Source: Macrostomum hystrix (taxonomy: Eukaryota; Animalia; Platyhelminthes). From it: a stretch of DNA of 64,000 nucleotides. Below, in pieces: positions 1-10,948 of this stretch (the first letter of the stretch is position 1; every line of letters starts with the position of its first letter). A program made the translations under genes and the position numbers. The notes beneath the pieces were generated by a model. It had not been told where the DNA came from and did not search any database. It worked only from the letters and a program-made list of their open reading frames with translations. Where the stretch lies: the NCBI GenBank assembly GCA_950097015.1, contig CATNEN010000001.1, positions 3,782,001 through 3,846,000 on the forward strand, written 5' to 3'.

Positions 1-727
1 GATCTGTCTCGACTAGTTCCACCAGTGCAACTAGTGACCGCGGTTCAAACCGAAACAGTCTTTTGATCTCAACCTCTGAGAATTGTTGAAGTGGTTCCAA
101 CCGATCACGAAAAATGCGCTGCCGACGGAGGTCTTGTTGAACTAAATCAACAGCTAATAAAATATTCATTTCTGTAAATCTTGGCTGTCTTGGGCAATGA
201 AAAAGCCAGTATCCTAGACTGCTCCAGAGTAGTCTAGGTTTTTTTCTAGACCGGACTAGCTAGTTGTAACTTTTATGCATACCAAAAATAAGACGCAACT
301 AGCTAGGACTGAGCTACCCTAGTTTGTACAGGTAGAGAACAGGTGCAATTTACCTGTAAAAGTGCAAACCTGAAAACATAACCCTACTCAAATGTTAGGC
401 CCAGGTATGCTGTATTCAATTAACACTAAATCTACCCTGTAAATTTCTCAATTGCTTGACTGTCTCCAGTACTGGTACGAGTAATTTAAAAAGTGATTTA
501 TTGTTTTTTTATTTGCTCGAAAGTGTTCTATTCGTTTGATTAAGTACGAGTTTTGTTTTGTGTAGTATCAAGGTAGCAATTTTTATTGATGTAAATAAAT
601 GGAAACAATTTTAGCTTCAAATTAAATAGGCTATAGATGTTATTTTGTTGATTTTGTTTTTATATATTACTTAGCATTGTGTGAAATGGATTTTCTCCTT
701 TATATATTTTTCTACATTTGCTTTCAG

Positions 728-1675
728 ATGGCAGAATACATTATAAATATAGGCTGTGGCGGTGGCGGCTACGGCGGTGGCGGCTACGGTGGTGGTGGCC
801 GAGGTGTCGGCGGTGGCAGCCGCGGCGCCCGAGGTGGCGGCGGTGGCGGACGACGCGCCCGAGGCGGTGGCGGCGGTGGCGGTCGAGGCGCCCGAGGTGG
901 TGGCGGCGGCGGTGGCGGTGGCGGCTACGGCGGCGGCGGCCGAGGTGGCAGTGGCGGCCGAGGCGGCGGCGGTGGCGGCGTTCGCGGCGGCGGTGGCGGC
1001 GTCCGCGGCGGCGGTGGCGGCGTCCAAGGTGGCGGCCGAGGCGGCGGCGGTGGCGGCGTCCAAGGTGGCGGCCGAGGCGGCGTCCACGGTGGTGGTGGCG
1101 GCTACGGCGGCCGAGGCGGCGGTGGCAGCGTCCGCGGCGGTGGTGGCGGCTTCGGCGGTGGCTTCGGCGGTGGCGGCGGCGGTAGCGGCTACGGCGGTGG
1201 CGGCGGCGGTGGCGGTTACGGCGGTGGCGGCTACGGCGGTGGCGGCTACGGCAGCGGTGGCGGCCGTGTTTGTGGTGGTGCCAGCGCTGGCCGTTTATGT
1301 TAGTTTTCCATTTAGTTATCATTTGAATAGAGCATTTTTTCATAGAGTGAATGAGTTTCTTTCTATTTACTTTGGTTTTTTTTATTTGCAGTATGCTATC
1401 GATGTTGCGGTCTCGGGCATGTTGCCCGAGACTGCAAAAAGAGAAGCCGCAGCCGCAGCCGCAGCGGCGCCCGCTGTGAAAACAGCAGCAGCAGCAAAAG
1501 CAGCAGTCGCGTAAGTTTCAGCGTTCGAACAGAATTATACATTTTGTATTTAAAAAGGCAATAAATTTTCATATTACAAATGTAAGGTAATCCTCTTCAG
1601 CAGGAGCAGCCCCAGCAGCAGCAGGAGCAGCGCCAGCAGCAAATAAGGCCAAAGCAGCCCTGCGTCATGCAGTAG
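728..1675 (+). CDS. Gly/RGG-rich protein with one CCHC zinc knuckle, short RS tract and C-terminal CaaX (CVMQ); ~254 aa, possibly missing upstream exons
   Basis: Exons 728-1298 (after tttcag, donor gttagt, phase 1), 1392-1510 (donor gtaagt, phase 0) and 1601-1675. Spliced frame reads MAEYIINIGCGGGGYGG...RGG..., then CYRCCGLGHVARDC (CX2CX4HX4C, 1394-1435), KKRSRSRSRS, then QEQPQQQ...KQPCVMQ-stop. Phases close exactly (765 nt). Confidence 0.75.
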
Positions 1676-1698
1676 GGGCAAAATTGAAATTGATTATC

Positions 1699-1952
1699 AG
1701 AATAAGGGAATAGCTGATGGGGAATAAGGTAGTAGCTGATTGGGAATAAGGTAGTAGCTGATTGGGAATAAGGTAGTAGCTGATTGGGAATAAGGTAGTG
1801 GCTGATTGGGAATAAGGGAATAGCTGATTGGGAATAAGGGAATAACTGATTGGGAATAAGGGAATAGCTGATTGGGAATAAGGGAATAGCTGATTGGGAA
1901 TTTGGGAATAAGGGAATTGCTGATGGGGATTTTGGGAATAAGGGAATTGCTG
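1699..1952. repeat. 22-bp minisatellite (gggaataagggaatagctgatt)
   Basis: About 11 tandem copies starting just after the stop codon. Confidence 0.95.
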
Positions 1953-2944
1953 TGGATGTTATTTTGGCGCAGGCCTGTGTTTGGCAATCCATGTGCCCCT
2001 GGATTAAAAAATGAGGTAATAATTTTGCCAACAGTATACTCTGTGCAGTTTATGCAAATGCAGACTGTGGGTATGCAGTTGTCGAAATTTACCGTTAAGC
2101 ATCAACCAACAGCATGTGGATTCTTATAGGTTGCATTTTCCCTCAATCTACTTTCAATTTATAAGTCATTAGCTGTGCTGTTAATGGCTTATTTAAACTT
2201 TTCAGGCAAGAAATTTCGGGCAAAATACTCTGCTCTCTCATCTCAATGAAGATCACATCTTCATTACTAGCCTAGTTTTTCTAGACCGGACTACCATAGA
2301 CTGAGCTTTCTGCATACGGGCCATTATCTATGGGCAGAACCAAACTGCGCGAGCGTTGCTGTTGATATCGTTCCGATGACAAAATTATTGAGGTGGACTG
2401 CTTCTATACCTAACAGCTTATGCAGATCCTTCAAATGAATCGGCTGACTCGACTAAAAATAATTTTTAAACCCTGCAACACTAAATTTCAAAAGTATCCG
2501 CAACTGGCTGTTTCTATACCCAAACACAAAGCAGTAAAATTACATTCGCACATTCTGAGAAACAAATTCTCGTCAAGAATAATGACGAGATGACGAGTGA
2601 CGAGTGAATTATTAAGTATATACGAGCAAACACTAAACACCAACCCTTCAACAGGGTGATACATTGTTTAAAGACTTTTATCAAGAGACCAACTGTATCG
2701 AGTGATAGATGGACAACTAGCAGCTAAAACACAAAGAATAACAAGGAAAATGAAACAAGGGTATCGATCGTACAATCTGCCTTTTTATCGGGAGTGGCTT
2801 AATTAAAATTAATTTATATGTCCATATTTTTAGTAGAAAAAATACTAACTATACTAACAGGAAAACTTTAGAAAAAACTGGTCTGGCCCTCAATGGACGA
2901 TGTTTTCGTGATCCTGACAGTTCCGTAACTTAAGTGCTCAGCGC

Positions 2945-3802
2945 TTACACTCGAGCGAGAATGACTGGGTCGCTCTGCACCGACAGTCCGTGGTGGGATC
3001 CCAGAGGCTGTGACTCGGTGTCCGACAAGATCGAATATTGAACCACCGTTCGCCTGCGATGCACAATGCCGCCAGCGATTGCAATAAGAAGCAGTAGTGC
3101 GATCACTCCACCGCTAGTAACTGAGTAGAATGTCACAGTGCGCCTGTAAACGCAGACTCCGCGGCTATTGCATACATAGGTTGAAAATATGCTGCCAGTC
3201 TTGGTGTGATGGCTGACATATATATTAGAAATTCGGTTGGTGCCCAGGCTCGACAAATTATGCCGCAGAAAGAGTTTGCTCGGGGCTGGCGTCAGAGGTT
3301 GGAAACGCCCAGCAAGCGCGATTCTATTCCCGGGTTGTTGCGACTGTCCGGGCTGCCCCTGACCGGGCTGCCTCTGTCCGGGCTGCCACTGTCCGGGCTG
3401 CCACTGTCCGGGCTGCCTCTGTCCGGGCTGCCTCTGTCCGGGCTGCCACTGTCCGGGCTGCCTCTGTCCGGGCTGCCACTGTCCGGGCTGCCCCTGACCG
3501 GACTGCCTCTGTCCGGGCTGCCACTGTCCGGACTGCCACTGTCCGGGCTGCTTCTGTCCGGGCTGCCAGTTCAGAGACATGCGAGTTGTCGATGGGCTGC
3601 CGCGGTGGGGCCAGTACTGATACGACGCATGAGTCGGCGCTTGAGTCAGACGCTGTATGGCTCTTAGTTCGCTGTAATTGTTTTTTAATCGGTACTCGTC
3701 ATTCCGAATCCTCCGCCTACTGTCGTCAGACTGCATTCCGGACGCATTGGCTGAGGCCAAGACGGCCGCCACGAGGAGGCCTAGAGCAAGGCTATGAAAC
3801 AT
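2945..3802 (-). CDS. Intronless type I membrane protein with QPGQ(W/R/G) pentapeptide repeats, 285 aa
   Basis: ATG-initiated ORF with signal peptide (MFHSLALGLLVAAVLASANAS), ~15 repeats encoded by a 15-bp unit (3345-3567), CX5C, TM helix GGVIALLLLIAIAGGIV followed by HRRR, and a short tail containing VQYSIL. Confidence 0.7.
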   Translation of the reverse strand: MFHSLALGLLVAAVLASANASGMQSDDSRRRIRNDEYRLKNNYSELRAIQRLTQAPTHASYQYWPHRGSPSTTRMSLNWQPGQKQPGQWQSGQWQPGQRQSGQGQPGQWQPGQRQPGQWQPGQRQPGQRQPGQWQPGQWQPGQRQPGQGQPGQSQQPGNRIALAGRFQPLTPAPSKLFLRHNLSSLGTNRISNIYVSHHTKTGSIFSTYVCNSRGVCVYRRTVTFYSVTSGGVIALLLLIAIAGGIVHRRRTVVQYSILSDTESQPLGSHHGLSVQSDPVILARV

Positions 3803-4448
3803 TTGCGCACTTTAGTTTAGTACGAGGGACGATCAACAAGTTTTTTTTTCAGCGCCTGTGGCTCGCCTTAAATTTATTTTAGTTATTACCAAAGACACTG
3901 TGTCCTACACTTGTAAAAATGTTGCTGCCTTTATTCAACAGTTCGAGAATCTGCAGCACTAAAATTACTCCACGTAGTTTAGTAGCTTCGCAGTGGCTGC
4001 CTAAAAGTGGCCTCCTTCGGGGATCTTTTTCTGGTTCTCTAGTCTAGCTCAGTCCCTCATTTAATGGAGGCTTTAGGCAGAATCTACATTCTGTATTCTG
4101 TACATTTTCAACCCTCCTCTTCCCTCCTAGCCTCTATCCCTGAGCGGGTAGCAGTGTGCCCAGGCATTACAGCTTTTATCGATTTTCTCCACAGGGTTAT
4201 GACTTATGAGTCTGCTTAAGGAAAACCTCTGCCCGGCAGGTCCCGCTACGTTTGAAGCAGCATGCGTACATTATCTCTTTTGCCTGCACTCCTGCTCCTT
4301 TTTGAAACAGGGATCGGCAAAAGTTGTGTCTTGCCAACAAAAGAGAGAATCTAAGGGTGAGGAGTACTGTCCTGGGATGCGTTCTTGATTGTTCTCAGCC
4401 CAGATGAGACAGGGGAGAGATGAGACAGGAGTGAGATAAGACGGGGGA

Positions 4449-4703
4449 GGGTGGCTTTCACAAGACAGAAACTTCACAAGACCGAAACTTCATGAGACCG
4501 AAATTTTACAACGCCGAAAAGTAAAAATGCAGACCCCTCGGTCTCTTTCGGTCTTAGGAAGTTTCGGTCTTGTGAAGTTTCGGTCTTGTGAAGGGTTCTG
4601 CATTTTGGTTTTTCGGCGTTGTGAAGTTTCGGTCTGATGAAATTTCGGTCTTATGAAAAAAGTTGTTTCAGCGTTGTGAAATTTCGGTCTTGTGAAGCCA
4701 CCC
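4449..4703. mobile_element. Palindromic MITE (~255 bp) with subterminal gaccgaaa(c/t)ttcac repeats
   Basis: Left end gggtggctttcacaagac matches the reverse complement of right end gtcttgtgaagccaccc. The internal halves are inverted copies. Confidence 0.8.
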
Positions 4704-5076
4704 CCAGGGGAGAGATGAGACAGGAGTGAGATAAGACGGGAGAGATGGGACAGAAGACAGATAAGACAGGGGAGACATGAGACAGGGGAGAGATGAGACA
4801 ACGGAGAGATTTGACAGGAGTGAGATAAGACAGGGGAGTGATGAGACAGGGTAGAGATAAGGTAGGGGAGAGATGATACATGAGAGATGAGACAGGGGAG
4901 AGATAAGATAAGAAAGAGATGAGACAGGGGACAGATGAGACAGGGGAGTGTGAGACAGCGGATAAGGCAGGTGAGAGATCATACAGGAGAGATGAGACAG
5001 GGGAGAGGTGAGACAGGAGAAGGATAATGCAGTTGAAAGAAGAGACAGGGGAGAGATGAGACAGGAGAAGGATAAT

Positions 5077-6194
5077 ATGCAGTGCAGAAAAGCAAGGCAG
5101 GGAGGGCAGGCGAGAGAACGAAGAGATAATAGATAAAGTGCAGACAGGCAAGACGTGATAGTCTAGCCCCACCCTAAGCAAGCAATTGCAGGAAAGAGCG
5201 GAGTGGTACGGCCGGAGCGAACCGGTCCTCGCGGGAGCAACTACGCTGAAGCAACGTAGCCAGAACTGAGCGAGACCTGATCGAACAAGGGAGAGACCGA
5301 CGGTTGGCGAAGCCGCCCCAAGAGAATAGAGACGGCAACACGCAGCGTCGTGTACTCCAATCAGCCCGGCCCCAGCTTTCGTCCCGCGTTGCGATGGAAA
5401 CCAACTGTGGGACGGCCGCGGGAGAGGAAAAGAGCGCTTCCGCAGAATGCTACGTCGGCAAAAACTCTGCCCCGACCAGCAGAAACCTGCGCCGGGCAGG
5501 GATAGGCACGATGGATCGATTGCGGTCAACAAGAAGACCTGATAGAGGGAGAGACCTGTAACCGAGAAGCACCCCTGCCTGAGAGAGAGAAAAAGAGAAA
5601 GACCGCACTGACACGCACACCATACGTTGTACATGAGAATTATTATGTAGTGACTTGCAGCCAGCGCGTATACGCTGAGTACACCGCGCTGGCAGCTGTC
5701 TGTTAACTGGCTGAATATCATTTCATTGTGCGGTGCAGCCATGTGCAGCCAGCGCGCGTACGCTGAGTACACCGCGCTGGCAGCCGTTTGGTTAACTGGC
5801 TGACTTTCAAATCATTGTTCGCTCTATTTTATCACCCCCTAATCCTTACACCCAACGTGCCGTCGCATAAAATATATATCGCTGTTCTCAGCGATTGTTT
5901 ACGTTTCGTTCTAAATACCACCAGTCTAGAGTTATTTCAAGAATAACAAATATAAAGATGGACTGTGGAGCGCGACGGAGGGCAACCTCCCCTCTCGCTC
6001 GCTATAGCTTGTTAGACCAGGATTGGAGTTTTAGCCAAGTTATCTGTTGTCTATTGCAGAAAGTTATTTGGCCGTGAAGGCTCCGTAGGAACCAAGGCTC
6101 GTAAACCGTCATACGAGGAACATAACTGTATTGTAATAGAAAGTCAGTCCCGGACCTCTGTCGTCAAGATCCGGTGATTGAAATACTTTCTATA
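5077..6194. mobile_element. Solo-LTR-like insertion (~1.1 kb) in the 16-bp satellite
   Basis: Flanked by duplicated gataat (5071-5076, 6195-6200), and the satellite phase resumes afterwards. Ends tgcag...ctata, each one change from TGTAG...CTACA. TATA-like site near 5865; non-coding. Confidence 0.5.
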
Positions 6195-6629
6195 GATAAT
6201 GCAGTTGAAAGATGAGACAGGAGAACGATGATGGAGTTGAAAGATGATGCAGGAGAGAGATAAGACAGGAGTGAGATAAGACGGGAGAGATGAGACAGGA
6301 GAGAGATAAGATAGGAGAGAGATAAGATAGGAAAGAGATGAGATGGGGGAAAGATAAGAAAGGGGAGAGATAAGATTGGAGAGAGATAAGATAGGAAAGA
6401 GATGAGACAGGGGAGAGATGAGACAGGGGAGTGTGAGACAGCGGAGGGATAAGGCAGGTGAGAGATCATATTGAGAGATAAGACAGGGGAGAGATGAGAC
6501 AGGAGAAGGATGATACAGTTGAAAGATGATACAGGAGAGAGATGAAACTCTCTCCTGTATCATCTGTGTTTGCTCATCCCACCTTTCTGCCAACAACTCT
6601 GTACTTAACATTGTTAAATATAATATTAT

Positions 6630-6783
6630 GAGCCATTATATTTGCAGAGCCATTATATTTGCAGAGCCATTATATTTGCAGAGCCATTATATTTGCAGAG
6701 CCATTATATTTGCAGAGCCATTATATTTGCAGAGCCATTATATTTGCAAAGCCATTATATTTGCAGAGCCATTATATTTGCAC
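6630..6783. repeat. 17-bp minisatellite (gagccattatatttgca) x9
   Basis: Near-perfect tandem copies. Confidence 0.95.
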
Positions 6784-6848
6784 ATCTGTGCAAATAGTGT
6801 CGACATGTCGACACCTCCTGGCATCATGGTCAGCCTATCAGGCCGCGG

Positions 6849-8298
6849 ATGACCTCGGTTGGCTCGGACGGCCGCGCCTCGTGTGCGGCAGCCAAGATCG
6901 GCACATCAGAGACGAGCAGAGGACAGCGTAGCGCACACCGTCGCACTGAGCGGCGGCGTGAGCGCAACCGGCGTGGGCGACTTCGCCGTGCTTCAAGACG
7001 CCAGTCGTCTCCTGTCTCTGCCGTTTCTGACTCGGATCCGCCGGGTGGCGCCGGGGACCGTGAGGCCCAACGTCATCGGGCTCTAGCCGTACCAGGTGGT
7101 CGCCTCAGGCTCGGCACGCTGAACTGCCGGACCCTGAAGGCCCCCTGGCGTCGCACTCTGCTCGTCCAGCTGGCCCACAACCTACAGCTGGACCTCATAA
7201 TGCTGCAGGAGGTCTCTATCCTGGCTGAGCCAGGCCTTCAACATGAGGACTTTGGAGCCGGATGGAGCCTCTTGTACACGTCGGCAGACGGCCGCGGGCG
7301 TGGCGGCGTCGGCGTGCTGATCGGACCGCGCCTTCGGCAGAGCGTGCACTGCGCCCCACTCTCCCAGCGTCTGCTGCGCGTTGACCTGCGCCTGCGCGCT
7401 CGCTGCATCCGGCTTTTCTGCGCGTACTGCCCTACGGCTGCCCACCCGGACGAAGCTCTCGCCTTTTTCGAGTTTCTGGCCGGACAGCTGGAAGAGGTGC
7501 CAAACCGCGACACGCTGGTGGTGCTCGGAGACCTAAACGCAGTTCCACGTAGGTCCGAGCGATCGCCTTTCGTCACGGGACGCGAGAACGCCAACACAGA
7601 TGCGCTGGAGGACCTGCTAGAACGGCTGGACCTGATGTCAATTAACACCCGTTTCCGCAAGCCCCCGGCCCGCCTGGTCACCTTCGCGGGCTGCAAGAGG
7701 AGACGACGGAACGCGCGTGGGCGGAATGCCACGAGGCGGCTGGCGCAACTCGATCATGTGCTGGTTCGCGCTCGCGAGCACCGCCGCGTCATCAACTGCG
7801 ACACCATGGCTCCGCTGGCTCTCCGGTCTGACCACCGACTCTTGCTCTGCGACCTGCGGCTCAACGACTCGCTCTACCGACCTCCGAAGCAGCGGCCACG
7901 GCGCTACTATCGTGCCCTGTTGGACCCCCGCGTGAAGTACCAATTCGCGGGCGCCTTTGCTGGCGCGCTTGGAAACCAGCGCGAGGTGGAGTATGCCGAC
8001 ATCAGCACTGCCGTGAGAACTGCAGCTCAGAAGACGGTCCCGCTGATGCGACTGGCGGAGCGATCGTAGCCAGTCTGGCAGAGCGATCCGACGATCAGGC
8101 AGGCGCGGCTGAAGATCGAGCGACTCCGAAGATCCCGACGGCCCACTGGTGACGCCGAGGAGGCGCTCGCGCGTCTTCTGGACACACGGCAGCAGGCCGC
8201 AGTCGACGACGCCATCCAGTCAATCACAGCAGCTGGCCCCGACGTGAGGAGCCACGCAGTGTGGACGGCCGTTCGGACCCTGACGGGGCGCAAGAGGA
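6849..8298 (+). mobile_element. Non-LTR retrotransposon fragment (RTE-like): APE endonuclease present, RT missing
   Basis: APE motifs GTLNCRTL, LQEV, GVGVLI, AYCPT, LGDLNA, QLDHVLV and SDH. TAG at 8067-8069, after which the frame continues (PVWQSDPTIRQAR...VWTAVRTLTGRKRR) until cut by satellite. Confidence 0.9.
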
Positions 8299-8949
8299 GA
8301 GAGATAAGATAGGCAAGAGATAAGACAGGGGAGGATGATACAGGAGAGATGAGACAGGGGAGAGATGAGACAGGGGAGAGATGAGACAGGGGAGAGATGA
8401 GACAGGGGAGAGATGAGACAGGGGAGAGATGAGACAGGGGAGAGATGAGACAGGGGAGAGATGAGACAGGGGAGAGATGAGACAGGGGAGAGATGAGACA
8501 GGGGAGAGATGAGACAGGGGAGAGATGAGACAGGGGAGAGATGAGACAGGGGAGAGATGAGACAGGGGAGAGATGAGACAGGGGAGAGATGAGACAGGGG
8601 TGCCAGTGTTTTTCAATCCCTATTTGAAAAAATCTTGGTGTAGAAGCCACCTACATGCTGAAAAGTCTTGCCTACGAGTACTAATGGCACTGTTTGGTTT
8701 AATTTTTACCCATGCCTACTTGCGAGCTTGTGCGCTTACTAATATTCGATACTCATCCCTCAACTACTGTCTACTAACAGTAGAAATGTTTGGATGTGAC
8801 CTATCTAAAAACATATTGGTACTTGCAACTGTTAATGATTTGACTTCGACATGAAACTGCATATTGGACCCAATTCAAGTGCGAGATATAAAAAAATCAA
8901 TTTCTGTATCAAGCGATCTTCCTTATCAGTCGCTATTTCTCCCCTTTTG

Positions 8950-9150
8950 GAAAGACCACGGGCTATTTCAAATACCCGTGCCTACTTCACGATAGCTCCA
9001 AAAGCCGAATAACAGATTTTCCTGAAAGTCCACCATATGGATCAACATTTCCCACCTTTTACGAGCTACGACGAGCTATGAACTTTCAAAGCCATCACGA
9101 CGTCAGCATCGTCGAGATATTCAACGATTCTTGTCGAAGACCCTGGTGAA
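8950..9150 (+). repeat. Interspersed repeat, unclassified
   Basis: Diverged copy at ~46065-46251 (gaccacgg...ccatatggat...actttcaaag...gatatt...ctggtga); short related piece near 43590. Confidence 0.7.
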
Positions 9151-9495
9151 ATATTTTTTCATATGAAGTATGATTTCAAAATTATTGAAATATAATGTAT
9201 GAATTGCAAATAAGTCACGATGCATTGGAGTGTAAGTAAGTTTTGTAGACCGAGTCTACTAGTTCGACTTTATCCGAAAGTTAAAAGTTGCTCCGAGAGT
9301 AGCGCCTGAGATTTTATTTATTTTGTTACGATGCTGCTACACAGAAGCAGCCGCCCAGCCAAAGCAAGGACATCTGGCCATAGACAAAAGAAAATATAAA
9401 TACGAGTATAATCGGTAACGGTATGCAAGTCACCACATCCCTTCCCAAAAAAGTTCTGAAAAGATTTGTACAGAGTACAGTGAGTGGCCATCAGT

Positions 9496-10130
9496 CTATC
9501 TGGCTTCGAACGTGGCCAAGCGGATCATCGTGATAACATTGTCAGTCGGATTAGGACTCGGTGCTGAAGCTTTGTTCTCCTCAGAAAGTGCTGGGTGAAA
9601 AAAACTGGCAGAGTCTTTGTTCTCTTCGGTTACCATGGTGGACTCATTGCTACGCAGGTCTGAAGCCTTTGGAGCTTCGGCGGGTTCGGCAGACGCAACA
9701 GACTTGTGAACCTGATCCAAATGCAGATGTGCGTGTCGACCGTCATCAAAAGGCAGTCAAAAGATCTCGAGCGAGTGCTAGCAGTCAGTCGCCGGCTTCC
9801 AGCGGCCCCCGTTCGCGAAATCCCTTGCCAGCACCGCATCGCCGACCTCGACATGGCGATCATGTGCATGAATATCATGATGCTGTTTCTGCAGCGCCTG
9901 CTGCTGCTGCACCCTGGTTGTCAAATCAGGCCTGACTCGGTTGAGCAGAGAGCGCAACCTCAGCAGCTCGCACGGAGGAACCACAGTTGTGGCGTGCGGT
10001 GTCACGCGGTAGGTCAGTAAAAATCGTCCAAAGGGCCCCCCTTCTGCTTAGCCTCGATGGTTAAGCAGACTCTGCGATGGTATACATGTGGCCAGGCTCA
10101 ACATATCCATTCATTAGCTGGTATTCTTTG
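9496..10130 (-). mobile_element. Decayed Gypsy-type LTR retrotransposon, integrase C-terminal part
   Basis: Across frameshifts it reads GRFLLTYRVTPHATT...LRSLLNRVRPDL...QKQHHD...VGDAVLARDFANGGRWKPA...HLHLDQV, the typical tail of Gypsy integrases. Confidence 0.85.
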
Positions 10131-10386
10131 CGATCTTTCGAGTGCCTCATCGTCGAGTTTCTCAGCCCATTGTTTGGTTCAGCAATATAGATTTAAACAA
10201 CATTATTTAAAGTTTTAAAGTGTCTTTAAAAAACTACGAGCGTATTTGTTTTTTTTCTTTGAAGCCAGCGCAGAAACGTTATCAGTGAAGAAATATTGCT
10301 TTGTTAAAAAATTCATTTGAACTCCGAGTCAGAGCTGTCTCACATTACATACTAAATGAAATAAAAATGAATAGAGACAAAAATGT

Positions 10387-10948
10387 TGTCTTATCTCTCC
10401 CGTGTCTCATCTCCCCCGTGTCTCATCTCTATCATGCCTCATCTCTCCCGTGTCTCATCTCTCCCCTGTCTCATCTCTCCCGTGTCTCATCTCTCCCGTG
10501 TCTCATCTCTATCATGCCTCATCTCTCCCGTGTCTCATCTCTCCCCTGTCTGATCTCTCCCCTGTCTGATCTCTCCCGTGTCTCATCTATCCCGTGTCTC
10601 ATCTCTCCCGTGTCTCATCTCTCCCGTGTCTCATCTCTATCATGCCTCATCTCTCCCCTGTCTCATCTCTATCGTGTCTCATCTCTATCGTGTCTCATCT
10701 CTATCGTGTCTCATCTCTCCCGTGTCTCATCTCTCCCGTGTCTCATCTCTCCCGTGTCTCATCTCTCCCGTGTCTCATCTCTCCCGTGTCTCATCTCTAT
10801 CGTGTCTCATCTCTATCGTGCCTCATCTCTCCCGTGTCTCATCTCTCCCGTGTCTCATCTCTCCCGTGTCTTATCTCGATCTCCCATGTCTCACCTCTCC
10901 TATGTCTTATCTCTCCCTTTCTCACCTCTCCCCGTATCATCTCTCCAG
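10387..10948. repeat. 16-bp satellite (gtgtctcatctctccc), opposite orientation
   Basis: About 35 tandem copies; continues at 12105-12170 after the LTR. Confidence 0.95.

Larger units (their letters stand above)
4401..8600. repeat. 16-bp satellite (gagatgagacagggga), interrupted by inserts
   Basis: Tracts at 4401-4448, 4705-5076, 6195-6565 and 8298-8600. The same family recurs at 10387-10948, 12105-12170, 14678-14885 and 26213-26543. Confidence 0.95.

Noticed and set aside
671-1514. Poly-Ala, poly-Arg and His/Arg ORFs overlapping the Gly-rich exon
   Set aside because: They are alternative frames of (GGC/GGT)n. Only the Gly frame splices into the zinc knuckle.
3345-3567. QPGQW repeats resembling cnidarian QPGLW-amide neuropeptides
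   Set aside because: There are no Gly-Lys/Arg amidation or cleavage sites between the units, and the protein has a TM helix.
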